64,000 nucleotides of DNA, taken from Eubacteriales bacterium. GTDB taxonomy: Bacteria; Bacillota; Clostridia; Oscillospirales; CAG-272. The notes under the pieces are model-generated. The model was given only the letters and a program-made list of their open reading frames with translations. It ran no database searches and was not told the DNA's origin. Below are positions 46,893 to 54,874 of this stretch, piece after piece. The position numbers were made by a program, and so were the translations under genes. How positions within the stretch are numbered: position 1 is the stretch's first letter; each line of letters starts with the position of its first letter. The stretch lies in NCBI GenBank assembly GCA_045651165.1, contig JAZRRX010000039.1:111448-175447 (forward strand), read 5' to 3'.

Positions 46893-46935
46893 TGTTACGC
46901 AATCACGCAAACTTTGTTACGCAGGCTGTTACGCA
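46893..46935 (+). repeat. Triple TGTTACGCA module B
   Basis: TGTTACGCA at 46893-46901, 46915-46923 and 46927-46935, plus a partial TCACGCA at 46903-46909. Spacing of 22 and 12 nt matches module A. Confidence 0.6.
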
Positions 46936-47029
46936 AGGCTATTTGATAAAGCAAAAGCGTACCATCAGAATCGTTTAGATTCTGTGGCACGCTCTGTCTA
47001 AAAGCTGTGCGATAAAGCTGGAAAAGGCG

Positions 47030-47103
47030 ATCTAGGTGTAGCTCAGCTGGGAGAGCGCTACCTTGGGGTAACTATGACCGCAAGTTCAAGAGTTTGACCA
47101 GCT
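47030..47103 (+). pseudogene. tRNA-Pro-derived att remnant: perfect 5' half fused to a divergent 3' half
   Basis: 47030-47069 is 40/40 identical to 21478-21517. The downstream AACTATGACCGCAAGTTCAAGAGTTTGACCAG cannot pair with the anticodon or acceptor stems, though GACCGCAAGTTCAAG resembles the T-arm GGCCGCAGGTTCAAG. Confidence 0.8.
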
Positions 47104-47224
47104 GAATTACACCTAATATATCGTTTATCCTATGTATTTTATCCTATTTATTAAGATTATTTTATTACTATTCCCTGCTACGCAATTTGAGTTATCCATT
47201 CCAAAAGAATTCAATAGTAATATC

Positions 47225-47255
47225 AAAAAAGACGACCGCGTGGTCGTCTTTTTTT
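47225..47255. terminator. Bidirectional terminator after the Fic gene
   Basis: A-run, stem GACGACC/GGTCGTC, T-run; overlaps the Fic stop codon. Confidence 0.75.
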
Positions 47256-48141
47256 AGTATTTGATTCTATAATAATCTAAACGCAATTTGAAGTTATCCT
47301 GCGCTGAAAGACAGGTATCAACGAGGTATCCGCGCTCACGGGTCCATTCTTTAAGTCCGCGATAATAAAAGAGCTTGTGCTTCTCGTCAATGATAAATGG
47401 TACGATATTATTCTTCAAGCACTCCTTGAACATAATCAATCGACCGACACGACCGTTTCCGTCTTGGAACGGGTGAATTTTCTCAAAACGCACGTGAAAT
47501 TCAATTATATCCTCAAGTGTTACGTTCTCAATCGCGTTGTACCAAGCCAAAAGGTTTTTTATTTCTTTTGAAACTTCTTCCGGCAGGGTAGTATCCATAC
47601 CGCCAACTTCATTTGGCAGTTTCTTGTATTCACCTACCGCAAACCAATCCTTGCGACTATCACTTGTGCCACTCTTGAGCAAAGAATGAAGCTGCTTAAT
47701 CACAGTTTCACTCAAGCTCGCATTTGCCTTGTCGATGATAAAATCAATACAACGGAAGTGGTTAGTTGTTTCAATGATATCGTCAACGCGCACCGCCTCA
47801 TCAACAATTCCGATGGTATTTGTTTCAAAAATGTATCTCGTCTGGTCGTGGGTCAAACGGCTTCCCTCAATGTGATTGGAATTGTAAGTCAAATCAACTT
47901 GCACTCTATGATAAATGCCGCCACGAAGTTTCGTCTTCTTTTCTTCCTTCAAAATATCAAGCAAAGTGTTGGAAGCATCTTCCCTTTTCTTGCGCACGGG
48001 TTTTTCGGCATCTTCTGGAATCTTCCAAGTCTTGCCCTCAAGGATTGCCCCTGCAACACGACCTTCCGCGCAATAATTTCTCACTGCGCGCTCGGACATC
48101 CCCCACTTTTTCGCAATTTGGACAACTGAAATGTAATTCAT
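47254..48141 (-). CDS. Fic-family protein with N-terminal HTH
   Basis: HPFQDGNGRVGRL (canonical Fic motif) and N-terminal VVQIAKKWGMSERAVRNYCAEGRV HTH. Confidence 0.9.
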   Translation of the reverse strand: MNYISVVQIAKKWGMSERAVRNYCAEGRVAGAILEGKTWKIPEDAEKPVRKKREDASNTLLDILKEEKKTKLRGGIYHRVQVDLTYNSNHIEGSRLTHDQTRYIFETNTIGIVDEAVRVDDIIETTNHFRCIDFIIDKANASLSETVIKQLHSLLKSGTSDSRKDWFAVGEYKKLPNEVGGMDTTLPEEVSKEIKNLLAWYNAIENVTLEDIIEFHVRFEKIHPFQDGNGRVGRLIMFKECLKNNIVPFIIDEKHKLFYYRGLKEWTRERGYLVDTCLSAQDNFKLRLDYYRIKY

Positions 48142-48249
48142 AATATCACCTCCAACATCTATCGGTAATATTATACCACATTATAGGCAAAATATCAATA
48201 TATTTTGTAAAAATATACGCGAGTTATTTTGCCGATAATTAACAGTAAT

Positions 48250-48277
48250 AAGGCAAGACCGAAATCGGTCTTGCCTT
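48250..48277 (-). terminator. Hairpin downstream of the protease gene (weak terminator)
   Basis: Stem AAGGCAAGACC/GGTCTTGCCTT; only a weak U-tract on the minus strand. Confidence 0.4.
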
Positions 48278-48350
48278 CATTTGGTGTTTAAATTTCACCC
48301 ATATAGTAATTAATAATTTCAAATGCAATTGATATGTATAATAATACATT

Positions 48351-49193
48351 TTACTCCTCTGTTATTGCTTCAATTGCATCAGTTTCCACTTTAGTTTCAA
48401 GTGTTTTTACCCTTAAATACTCAGACTCAATAGTATCTTTTATTGAATCAACATCATACGCAACAGCTATCCCGCTATTTTCTTGCAAAACTTGCATTGT
48501 TTTACCGGTTTTTTTGCTAATAAGTTCTTCCATATATGGAATGTATCCTGCTATTATACCCACTAAACGTGTAGCATTGTAATGTTTAGTTCCTTGAAGA
48601 TGATTTGATTCAATTCTATTTATTATAGGACTACCTGAACTACCAGGAAAATTCTGTATATCCAACAAATAGCCGTTTTCTCCATATGGTTCTTTTATTT
48701 TGGAAACACATCCCATTCTACATAATGGTATTTTAGAATCTACTCCTACTAATCCAGAAGGAAATCCTAACATATATACAATAGTCCCTTCAACAACATC
48801 GTGTTCTATCATTTGTTCACGTGTTAACGCATGTTCATCCAAAACAAATGCACTAACGCTTCCGATAGTCTTATTTAGCACAGAACCATTAAGTAATATG
48901 CATCCAACATCAGCTGTTGGATGAACAGAAAAAATATCATTACCATTTCCATCTTGCAAATCTAAGAGTAAATCTTTTGCATCAGTTTTACCGGAAATGT
49001 TAAAACGAAGGAATACATTAGTTAATCGAGATTCTAACACATGTTTATTTGTAATTAAAAATGCATTATACACTCCATACTCATTTTTTCTAACAACAAT
49101 AAACCCTGTTGCTATCCACTTCTTTTCATTATTTTGATCATTTATACCGATTGCCACAACGGCATCGCTGAAAAATTGGGGAATGATTGCCAT
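48351..49193 (-). CDS. Trypsin-like (S1 family) serine protease, cytoplasmic
   Basis: LITNKHV (His) and FPGSSGSPIINR (Ser); no signal peptide; GGAGG RBS. Confidence 0.75.
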   Translation of the reverse strand: MAIIPQFFSDAVVAIGINDQNNEKKWIATGFIVVRKNEYGVYNAFLITNKHVLESRLTNVFLRFNISGKTDAKDLLLDLQDGNGNDIFSVHPTADVGCILLNGSVLNKTIGSVSAFVLDEHALTREQMIEHDVVEGTIVYMLGFPSGLVGVDSKIPLCRMGCVSKIKEPYGENGYLLDIQNFPGSSGSPIINRIESNHLQGTKHYNATRLVGIIAGYIPYMEELISKKTGKTMQVLQENSGIAVAYDVDSIKDTIESEYLRVKTLETKVETDAIEAITEE

Positions 49194-49314
49194 AAAAATT
49201 ATCCTCCTATATTATTTGATGATAATAGATGTTCTGAAATATTGTGGTTTTCACCGTAAAACCGAGTTGGGTCTTGCCTTAGTATTAGTTTTAATTAGAA
49301 AATCTCTTGTTAGG

Positions 49315-49631
49315 GCAACTCGGGGCGTATTTTTAGTACAGCGCCCGGAGTTGCTATATGTGCGTTCAGCGATATGTTTTTAGTACGGTATCGGAAACGG
49401 TTCATTATGTATCAAGCTCAGCGAAGTGTTTTTAGTACAGCTTCGGGAGCATGTGGCGCTCAGCGGTGGGTTTTTATTACGTCACCGGGAGCGCGTGTAA
49501 GATTTTCCATTTTAGGATTTGAGCAAGCACGCGGCAGCTCGATTATTTAGTTCGCTCAACGAAGTGTTTTTATTACAACTTCGGGAGCGTGTGGCGCTTA
49601 ACGATGGATTTTTAGTATGTCATCGAGAGCC
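49315..49631. repeat. Tandem array of six to seven ~42-nt stem-loops with conserved loop TTTTTA(G/T)TA(C/T) and covarying stems
   Basis: Units at 49315-49354, 49363-49399, 49416-49450, 49456-49494, 49553-49589 and 49593-49631, plus a degenerate unit near 49521-49552. Inner stems are CGATA/TATCG, CGAAG/CTTCG, CGGTG/CACCG, CGAAGT/ACTTCG, CGATG/CATCG. Conserved TGTG linker. Strand of any transcript is unknown. Confidence 0.85.
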
Positions 49632-49654
49632 ATTGTATAGCTTTATATTTTTTG

Positions 49655-50077
49655 TTAAGTTTTATTTTCAATGGTATCAGTAATTACATCAACTGTACCA
49701 TCAGTGCCTGTTACCTCAAGCGTAAACGTTGCACGATATGTACCGGAACCGTTAAGGGACATTTCATGATAAAATATACCATCAAGATCAGTAGAAGTTG
49801 AGGTCCACGTGCCAACATCATTCCAAAAAGCAAAAAGAAATCTTTTTTCAACTTTAACCGTTAATTTTGCACTAACAAAGCTTGGGGAATACCCTGTATA
49901 ATTTGCATAGATATATCCAACAGAACTTGTAGCATCAAAAGAAAAGGATGCGCCGCCAATATGTGACAAACGCGGCATCACCTGGTTTTCCGATTCTGCC
50001 GCGCAAACAGGAATGCTCGTCAAACACATAAGTATTGACATCAGAATTAAAATGATTGATTTGATTGTTTTTTTCAT
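49655..50077 (-). CDS. Small secreted protein
   Basis: Signal peptide MKKTIKSIILILMSILMCLTSIPVCAAE. Start set to the ATG at 50077 behind GAGGTG. Confidence 0.6.
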   Translation of the reverse strand: MKKTIKSIILILMSILMCLTSIPVCAAESENQVMPRLSHIGGASFSFDATSSVGYIYANYTGYSPSFVSAKLTVKVEKRFLFAFWNDVGTWTSTSTDLDGIFYHEMSLNGSGTYRATFTLEVTGTDGTVDVITDTIENKT

Positions 50078-50169
50078 AACTTTCACCTCTAAAATATAAA
50101 AATTTGAGTATTTTTTATATACTCTACATTATACTACCCATTTTTTTGACAAAATTCTTCAAATTTTCA

Positions 50170-50210
50170 CAAAAAAAATAAAAACACCTCAAATTGTATA
50201 ATTTGTGGTG
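50170..50210 (-). terminator. Terminator after the anti-sigma-like gene
   Basis: Stem CACCTCAAATT/AATTTGTGGTG (one mismatch), with a long T-run on the minus strand. Confidence 0.7.
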
Positions 50211-50220
50211 TTTTGTATGT

Positions 50221-50883
50221 TTATTTCGTATTAATTCCATTAATGATTAACGTCAAAGTTTGCTCTGGTAGTTCATTGGACACATATAGTTGCATAGCAT
50301 ATTTACCGTCATTCCATATGTAGCAATAACCGGTGTTTATTTGACGATAATATATTCCATATTCGCCTATATTAATAATTTCATAATCACCGTGCTCAAT
50401 ATCAACTGAAAAACTGGAACTATCAAGTGGTTGTTGTATAAATTTAATTGATTCACCCTCTTCATTTGTGAATTTGTATTGAATTCCCATACGAGTAATA
50501 CTTTCTTCTGTCAAAACATATCCCTCTGGCACATATGTAAGCTCATAAATTTCTTCTATATTTTGGCTTTCATTCTCACCTTCAGAAAAACTAACCTTAA
50601 CGAAACGTTCTCTAATATCTGTAATAAATTCACGAATTTCATTACGATAGATAATAGCACAACCTGCAAGGAGAAGAATTGCAGCAGCAACGAGAATTGC
50701 TATCATTTTCCTATTAAGTGGCTTCTTAATCTGTTTTCCATTCACTATACGCGCCATATTTTTAATATGCCTGCGCGAATAAGTAATTTCTTCATCACAA
50801 GCATCTATCTCACGGTCAAGACGCCTATTTACGCCTTCAACCAATGCCTGTTTGAAAAGCTCCTGATTTGTTTTGTTATCCAT
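50221..50883 (-). CDS. Anti-sigma-like single-pass membrane protein (DUF4367-like)
   Basis: Central TM (MIAILVAAAILLLAGCAII) and C-terminal YELTYVPEGYVLTEE pattern; starts 1 nt after the sigma gene. Confidence 0.6.
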   Translation of the reverse strand: MDNKTNQELFKQALVEGVNRRLDREIDACDEEITYSRRHIKNMARIVNGKQIKKPLNRKMIAILVAAAILLLAGCAIIYRNEIREFITDIRERFVKVSFSEGENESQNIEEIYELTYVPEGYVLTEESITRMGIQYKFTNEEGESIKFIQQPLDSSSFSVDIEHGDYEIINIGEYGIYYRQINTGYCYIWNDGKYAMQLYVSNELPEQTLTLIINGINTK

Positions 50884-50884
50884 A

Positions 50885-51433
50885 TCATTCTCCTTTCAAA
50901 GCATCTCTCAACATCTTTTTGCCTCTTGAAAGTCGAGTATAAACTGTCTTTTCGGGTATTTCCATCATTTCTGCTATTTCAGTGGGTGAAAGTCCCCTTT
51001 CATATTTAAGAAGCAAGGTAGTGCTATACACGGGGTCAAGGTTTTCAATCGCCTTAACAACGTCTTCATACATTAACTTGATGTCGATATCCTCTATAAT
51101 ATTATACCCGTCATCGACGAAAATTTCTTCACGAAATTCTAAATCTTTAACATTTTCTTCAGAAATTCTTATAACTTCATGCAAAACAACCGAAAAAACA
51201 TAACATCTAAGTTTGTTATCGTGCATTGGAAACCTAAGATTATGTATATATTTTGTTATTCTTAAATATGCTCTTTGAACAGCATCCTCTGCATCAAGGA
51301 CAGGATTGTGACTATCCATGCTTCTAAATTTGCTAATCGCAAATCTCATCATATCGTCGTGAAAACGATTATATATGTATTCAATCCGACTGTGATATTT
51401 TTCGTCGCATAGTGTTAATAGAAATTGTAACAT
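50885..51433 (-). CDS. Sigma-70 family (ECF-like) RNA polymerase sigma factor
   Basis: Region 2-like DAEDAVQRAYLRI and region 4 LSPTEIAEMMEIPEKTVYTRLSRGKKML. Confidence 0.8.
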   Translation of the reverse strand: MLQFLLTLCDEKYHSRIEYIYNRFHDDMMRFAISKFRSMDSHNPVLDAEDAVQRAYLRITKYIHNLRFPMHDNKLRCYVFSVVLHEVIRISEENVKDLEFREEIFVDDGYNIIEDIDIKLMYEDVVKAIENLDPVYSTTLLLKYERGLSPTEIAEMMEIPEKTVYTRLSRGKKMLRDALKGE

Positions 51434-51639
51434 TGGTATTCCCTTTCAAATTGATTATTTGACAAAATTATACCATAAATGACATATATATTCAATATTT
51501 TCTACATAAAAACCGCAAAATAAGTAATTATTTGAAGAATTTTATTTAATAAATAGGTAATATATATGTGTTTTTTCGGACATAAGTACTATTTGTATTT
51601 TTCTCACTCTCCAATTTTTTGAAGAAAGGAGGTGATGAA

Positions 51640-51873
51640 ATGAATTACAAATACGTACTTACAGAAACCACTTATTACAACGGCGAGTATACCCGCACAA
51701 GCTACGGAATAGCTGTTATTAGCACACTTGATAATATTAGTGTTCTTTGCGAAATAACAGATATCACCGACGAGCGCGATAAATCCCAAAAACTTGTGGA
51801 ACTTTGCAACAAAAAACAATTAGACATCGACCATCTGCAAAATGTGGTCGATGACTTTTTGTGTATGAAATAA
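51640..51873 (+). CDS. Small hypothetical protein
   Basis: ATG at 51640 behind AAGGAGGTG; 77 aa; no recognisable domain. Confidence 0.45.
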   Translation: MNYKYVLTETTYYNGEYTRTSYGIAVISTLDNISVLCEITDITDERDKSQKLVELCNKKQLDIDHLQNVVDDFLCMK

Positions 51874-51900
51874 CAACAAATTAATTTTCATACAAACAAA

Positions 51901-51948
51901 AGAGTGAATAAGTCTGATAAAAACGGACTTGTTCACTCTAAATTTTTG
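51901..51948 (+). terminator. Rho-independent terminator
   Basis: 16-bp stem AGAGTGAATAAGTCTG/CGGACTTGTTCACTCT (two mismatches), then AAATTTTT. Confidence 0.65.
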
Positions 51949-52249
51949 GAACTCATAGTCTATGATAGTAGGGTGAGCTCTTTTCTTTAATATAATATAA
52001 AATTTTAAGATTATTTTGTATTCAATATTGACTCTTAAAAAGCCAAATGTTATAATATATACAGAGATGAAATATACGGTAGTTCCTCTGATTTTGTATC
52101 AACTATTTGTATCAACTTGTGATAAAAGTTGAACACGAATGTGACAAAAGTGGAGCGATATCCCATTATTTACAGAAATATATTAACAAATACGGTGATA
52201 TATTAACAAATATATGGGGAAATTACTCGGAAAGTGGTAAAAATATGCC

Positions 52250-52295
52250 CCTTGGGGTGGTAGAGGCCGCAGGTTCAAGTCCTGTCACTTAGACC
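52250..52295 (+). repeat. tRNA-Pro anticodon-loop plus 3'-half copy (att-like)
   Basis: 46/46 identical to 21509-21554; no 5' half upstream. Confidence 0.9.
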
Positions 52296-52357
52296 CAAAA
52301 TGGAGTGGTGTCCGATGTTACGGCCCCCTCCATTTTTCTTTATTTATCAATACTTTA

Positions 52358-52394
52358 AGGGCATTTTGGAGCTTTCTCCAAAATGCCCTCTTTT
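52358..52394. terminator. Hairpin terminator downstream of the PMI-like gene
   Basis: 14-bp stem AGGGCATTTTGGAG/CTCCAAAATGCCCT, loop CTTT, T-rich tail. Confidence 0.65.
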
Positions 52395-52408
52395 CTATTA
52401 TCCAATTG

Positions 52409-52960
52409 TTATTTACAGCTTTTTAGACCACAGTACTTAAGCATACCGTCTAAATCGCTGGATGTTGAGTACGCGATTATTTCACCAAGATCATTTTCAA
52501 TCTTATTATCCTTTAGATAATATTTGCGAATTGTGGTAATTATTGATGTAAAGCTACCCGATGCAACAAAATCACCAAAGGTTGCAGGAACAAAAACAGA
52601 CTCTCCCTTTTTTATGGGCATATTTCCAATCGTTCCCTCACCATCAAGACAAGTGAAGCAACAGAATGAATTAGTATCATTGGAAAATTCCTTTTTGCCG
52701 TTTATATCCTGAGCATCAATAAATTTAACAAGCACAGGAAAGAAATCAAATGCTTTGCAGTTTTCTCCAAGATTTTCTTCGGTCACAACATCGCAAAGCG
52801 TTCTACCGTCTTCAAGCATAGTTTTACCATCTTTGTGAAAGGAAAGCTCCCAAGTTTCTGCAAGTGGAGAGATCTCTGTATCCTTGCTATATTCACTTTT
52901 CAATTTATTTCCGCCCCAAATTATGCTCTTGTAGGCGGGCACAAGCTTAACTATATTCAT
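52409..52960 (-). CDS. Class I mannose-6-phosphate isomerase-like protein apparently lacking the catalytic core
   Basis: N-terminal LVPAYKSIIWGGNKL ... FPVLVKFIDAQD and C-terminal cupin-like KKGESVFVPATFGDF are present, but the central QVHP/zinc-ligand region is not seen. Start set to the ATG at 52960. Confidence 0.5.
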   Translation of the reverse strand: MNIVKLVPAYKSIIWGGNKLKSEYSKDTEISPLAETWELSFHKDGKTMLEDGRTLCDVVTEENLGENCKAFDFFPVLVKFIDAQDINGKKEFSNDTNSFCCFTCLDGEGTIGNMPIKKGESVFVPATFGDFVASGSFTSIITTIRKYYLKDNKIENDLGEIIAYSTSSDLDGMLKYCGLKSCK

Positions 52961-52973
52961 AATAATCCTTTTA

Positions 52974-53816
52974 TTAGTATTTGATTGATCTTGTAAAGGT
53001 GATTTGCTCGCCCTTTTCAAGAGTTACTACGCCATCTCTTTCTTTGAATTCTTTGATTTCATCAACGTATGAGGGTAAGCACTGCCAAGGCTCAATGCAA
53101 AGCATTTTTGAGCCGTGGGGATGCCACAAAAGAAGATTTGAGAAGCCGTCGTAGGTGATTTCAACCACCTTTTCATCGGTTTTCTTATCTTTAAGTATTG
53201 CTTTTCTTGAATTGATGTTGCCAAGAATAACAGTTGCGCTATTATCAGTAAAATCATTTTCGAGAGGCAAAATTTTACCCGCTCCGTGATTTACTTTCTC
53301 ACCTGTGAGCATACCACCTGAATTATGAATAAGAAAGTCAAAATGTTCTTCCTTTTCAAATTCAACGTAGTAGTTTTCTACTTCATTATCGAGCGTGAAG
53401 GACTCGTGTCCTCCACAAACAAAAGGAATTTCCTTTGAGTCCTTATTTTCTACAGTATAAGAAACCTCATATCCATAGTCCACAACCTCATATTTCACTC
53501 TGAACGCGAATTCATATGGGTATACGGCTCTTGTTCTATCATTTGCACAAAGCTCAAATTCAATGCTGTTTTCAGCCTGTGAAACAAGATTGAATTCTTC
53601 ACTTCTACAAAATCCGTGCTTTTGAACACCGAAATCAACTCCGTCATAAATAAGACGGTTAAAACCAGCGAATGGGAAAAGGAGTATTGCGCATCCCGAC
53701 CACTCACCTGTTTCGTTCTGCCAAGCGCGTTCTTTGCCATCATATATTACGCTTCTAACTTCAGCGCCAATTTCACTAATTTGAATCTTTATTTTTTTAT
53801 TGCTAATTGTATACAT
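52974..53816 (-). CDS. Aldose 1-epimerase family protein (LacX-like)
   Basis: GAEVRSVIYDGKERAW, LLFPFAG and QKHGFCR patterns. Start set to the ATG at 53816, 1 nt after the galE stop. Confidence 0.7.
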   Translation of the reverse strand: MYTISNKKIKIQISEIGAEVRSVIYDGKERAWQNETGEWSGCAILLFPFAGFNRLIYDGVDFGVQKHGFCRSEEFNLVSQAENSIEFELCANDRTRAVYPYEFAFRVKYEVVDYGYEVSYTVENKDSKEIPFVCGGHESFTLDNEVENYYVEFEKEEHFDFLIHNSGGMLTGEKVNHGAGKILPLENDFTDNSATVILGNINSRKAILKDKKTDEKVVEITYDGFSNLLLWHPHGSKMLCIEPWQCLPSYVDEIKEFKERDGVVTLEKGEQITFTRSIKY

Positions 53817-53817
53817 T

Positions 53818-54828
53818 TTAGTTATATCCATTTGGGTTTTTAGTTTGCCAATTCCAAGATGAAGCACACATTTCATCAATTCCATGCTCTGCTGTCCATC
53901 CAAGTTCTTCTTTAGCTTTTGTAGCATCCGCATAACAAGATGCTATATCACCCGGGCGACGAGGAGCAAATCTATATGGAACATCATGTCCACATGCCTT
54001 GCCAAATGCTTTAACAAGGTCAAGAACAGAATATCCCACACCCGTGCCAAGATTGTAAATATGACATCCTAAATTCTCTATTTTTTCAATTGCAACAACA
54101 TGACCTTTTGCCAAATCTACAACGTGAATATAGTCTCGTACTCCCGTTCCGTCATGCGTATCATAGTCATTTCCAAATACATTAAGATATGGAAGCTGAC
54201 CTATTGCAACCTTTGCAACATATGGTGTAAGGTTGTTTGGAATACCTGATGGTGCTTCTCCAATAAGTCCACTTTCGTGTGCACCAACAGGATTAAAATA
54301 TCTAAGGAGCACTACTGTCCACTCTTTGTCGGCTTTGCAAAGGTCTGAGAGAATTATCTCTTGAAAATACTTTGACGTACCGTAAGGATTTGTAGTTCCA
54401 CCCACTTTACATTTTTCGGTCAATGGAAGTGTCTCGGGATCACCATATACAGTTGCAGATGAAGAGAAAACAATCTTTTTACAGTTGTATTTTTCCATTA
54501 CCTCTACAAGAGAAAGAGTACTTTCAAGATTATTTTGATAATATTTTATGGGCATTGAACAACTTTCGCCTACTGCCTTTAAGCCAGCAAAATGAATCAC
54601 GTATGAAATTGTATTTTCAGTAAATATTCTTTCAAGTAATTCTTTGTCACGCACATCCCCTTCATATAGTGTAACGCTTTTTCCAGTTATTTGACTCACT
54701 CTGTTCAGAGATTCTTTCGATGAATTAACAAAGTTATCAATAACAATAACATTATATCCTTTATTAAGCAATTCAACACACGTGTGACTACCAATATAGC
54801 CCGCGCCACCTGTAACTAAAATATTCAT
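53818..54828 (-). CDS. galE: UDP-glucose 4-epimerase
   Basis: [13 protein letters not shown] and YGTSKYF (YxxxK). Start set to the ATG at 54828 behind AAAGGAG. Confidence 0.9.
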   Translation of the reverse strand: MNILVTGGAGYIGSHTCVELLNKGYNVIVIDNFVNSSKESLNRVSQITGKSVTLYEGDVRDKELLERIFTENTISYVIHFAGLKAVGESCSMPIKYYQNNLESTLSLVEVMEKYNCKKIVFSSSATVYGDPETLPLTEKCKVGGTTNPYGTSKYFQEIILSDLCKADKEWTVVLLRYFNPVGAHESGLIGEAPSGIPNNLTPYVAKVAIGQLPYLNVFGNDYDTHDGTGVRDYIHVVDLAKGHVVAIEKIENLGCHIYNLGTGVGYSVLDLVKAFGKACGHDVPYRFAPRRPGDIASCYADATKAKEELGWTAEHGIDEMCASSWNWQTKNPNGYN

Positions 54829-54874
54829 AATGATCTCCTTTATCAATAACTCATTGTAAAATATTTAAATTGTA

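Larger units (their letters stand above)
21556..47069. mobile_element. Integrase-bearing genomic (defence) island at tRNA-Pro; boundaries approximate
   Basis: Bounded by a 40-nt perfect direct repeat (21478-21517 = 47030-47069) and by TGTTACRCA modules at both ends. Carries a tyrosine integrase, a serine recombinase and restriction/abortive-infection-type genes. No conjugation or phage structural genes seen. Confidence 0.65.
47070..52249. mobile_element. Accessory segment between tRNA-half repeats (no recombinase of its own)
   Basis: Bounded by the 47030-47069 and 52250-52295 tRNA fragments. Contains Fic, an S1 protease, the hairpin array and a sigma/anti-sigma module. Confidence 0.45.

Noticed and set aside
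47030-47103. Second functional tRNA-Pro gene
   Set aside because: Only the 5' half matches. The following sequence cannot form the anticodon stem (AACTA versus the required GGTAG) or the acceptor stem.
49315-49631. Hairpin array considered as a CRISPR array or a stack of terminators
   Set aside because: The period is only ~42 nt, with 4-15 nt linkers and no unique spacers. No cas genes are nearby. The T-run sits inside the loops, not after the stems.
52107-52292. 61-aa plus-strand ORF in the track
   Set aside because: Its 3' end is simply the translated tRNA 3'-half repeat. It has no RBS and no recognisable protein features.
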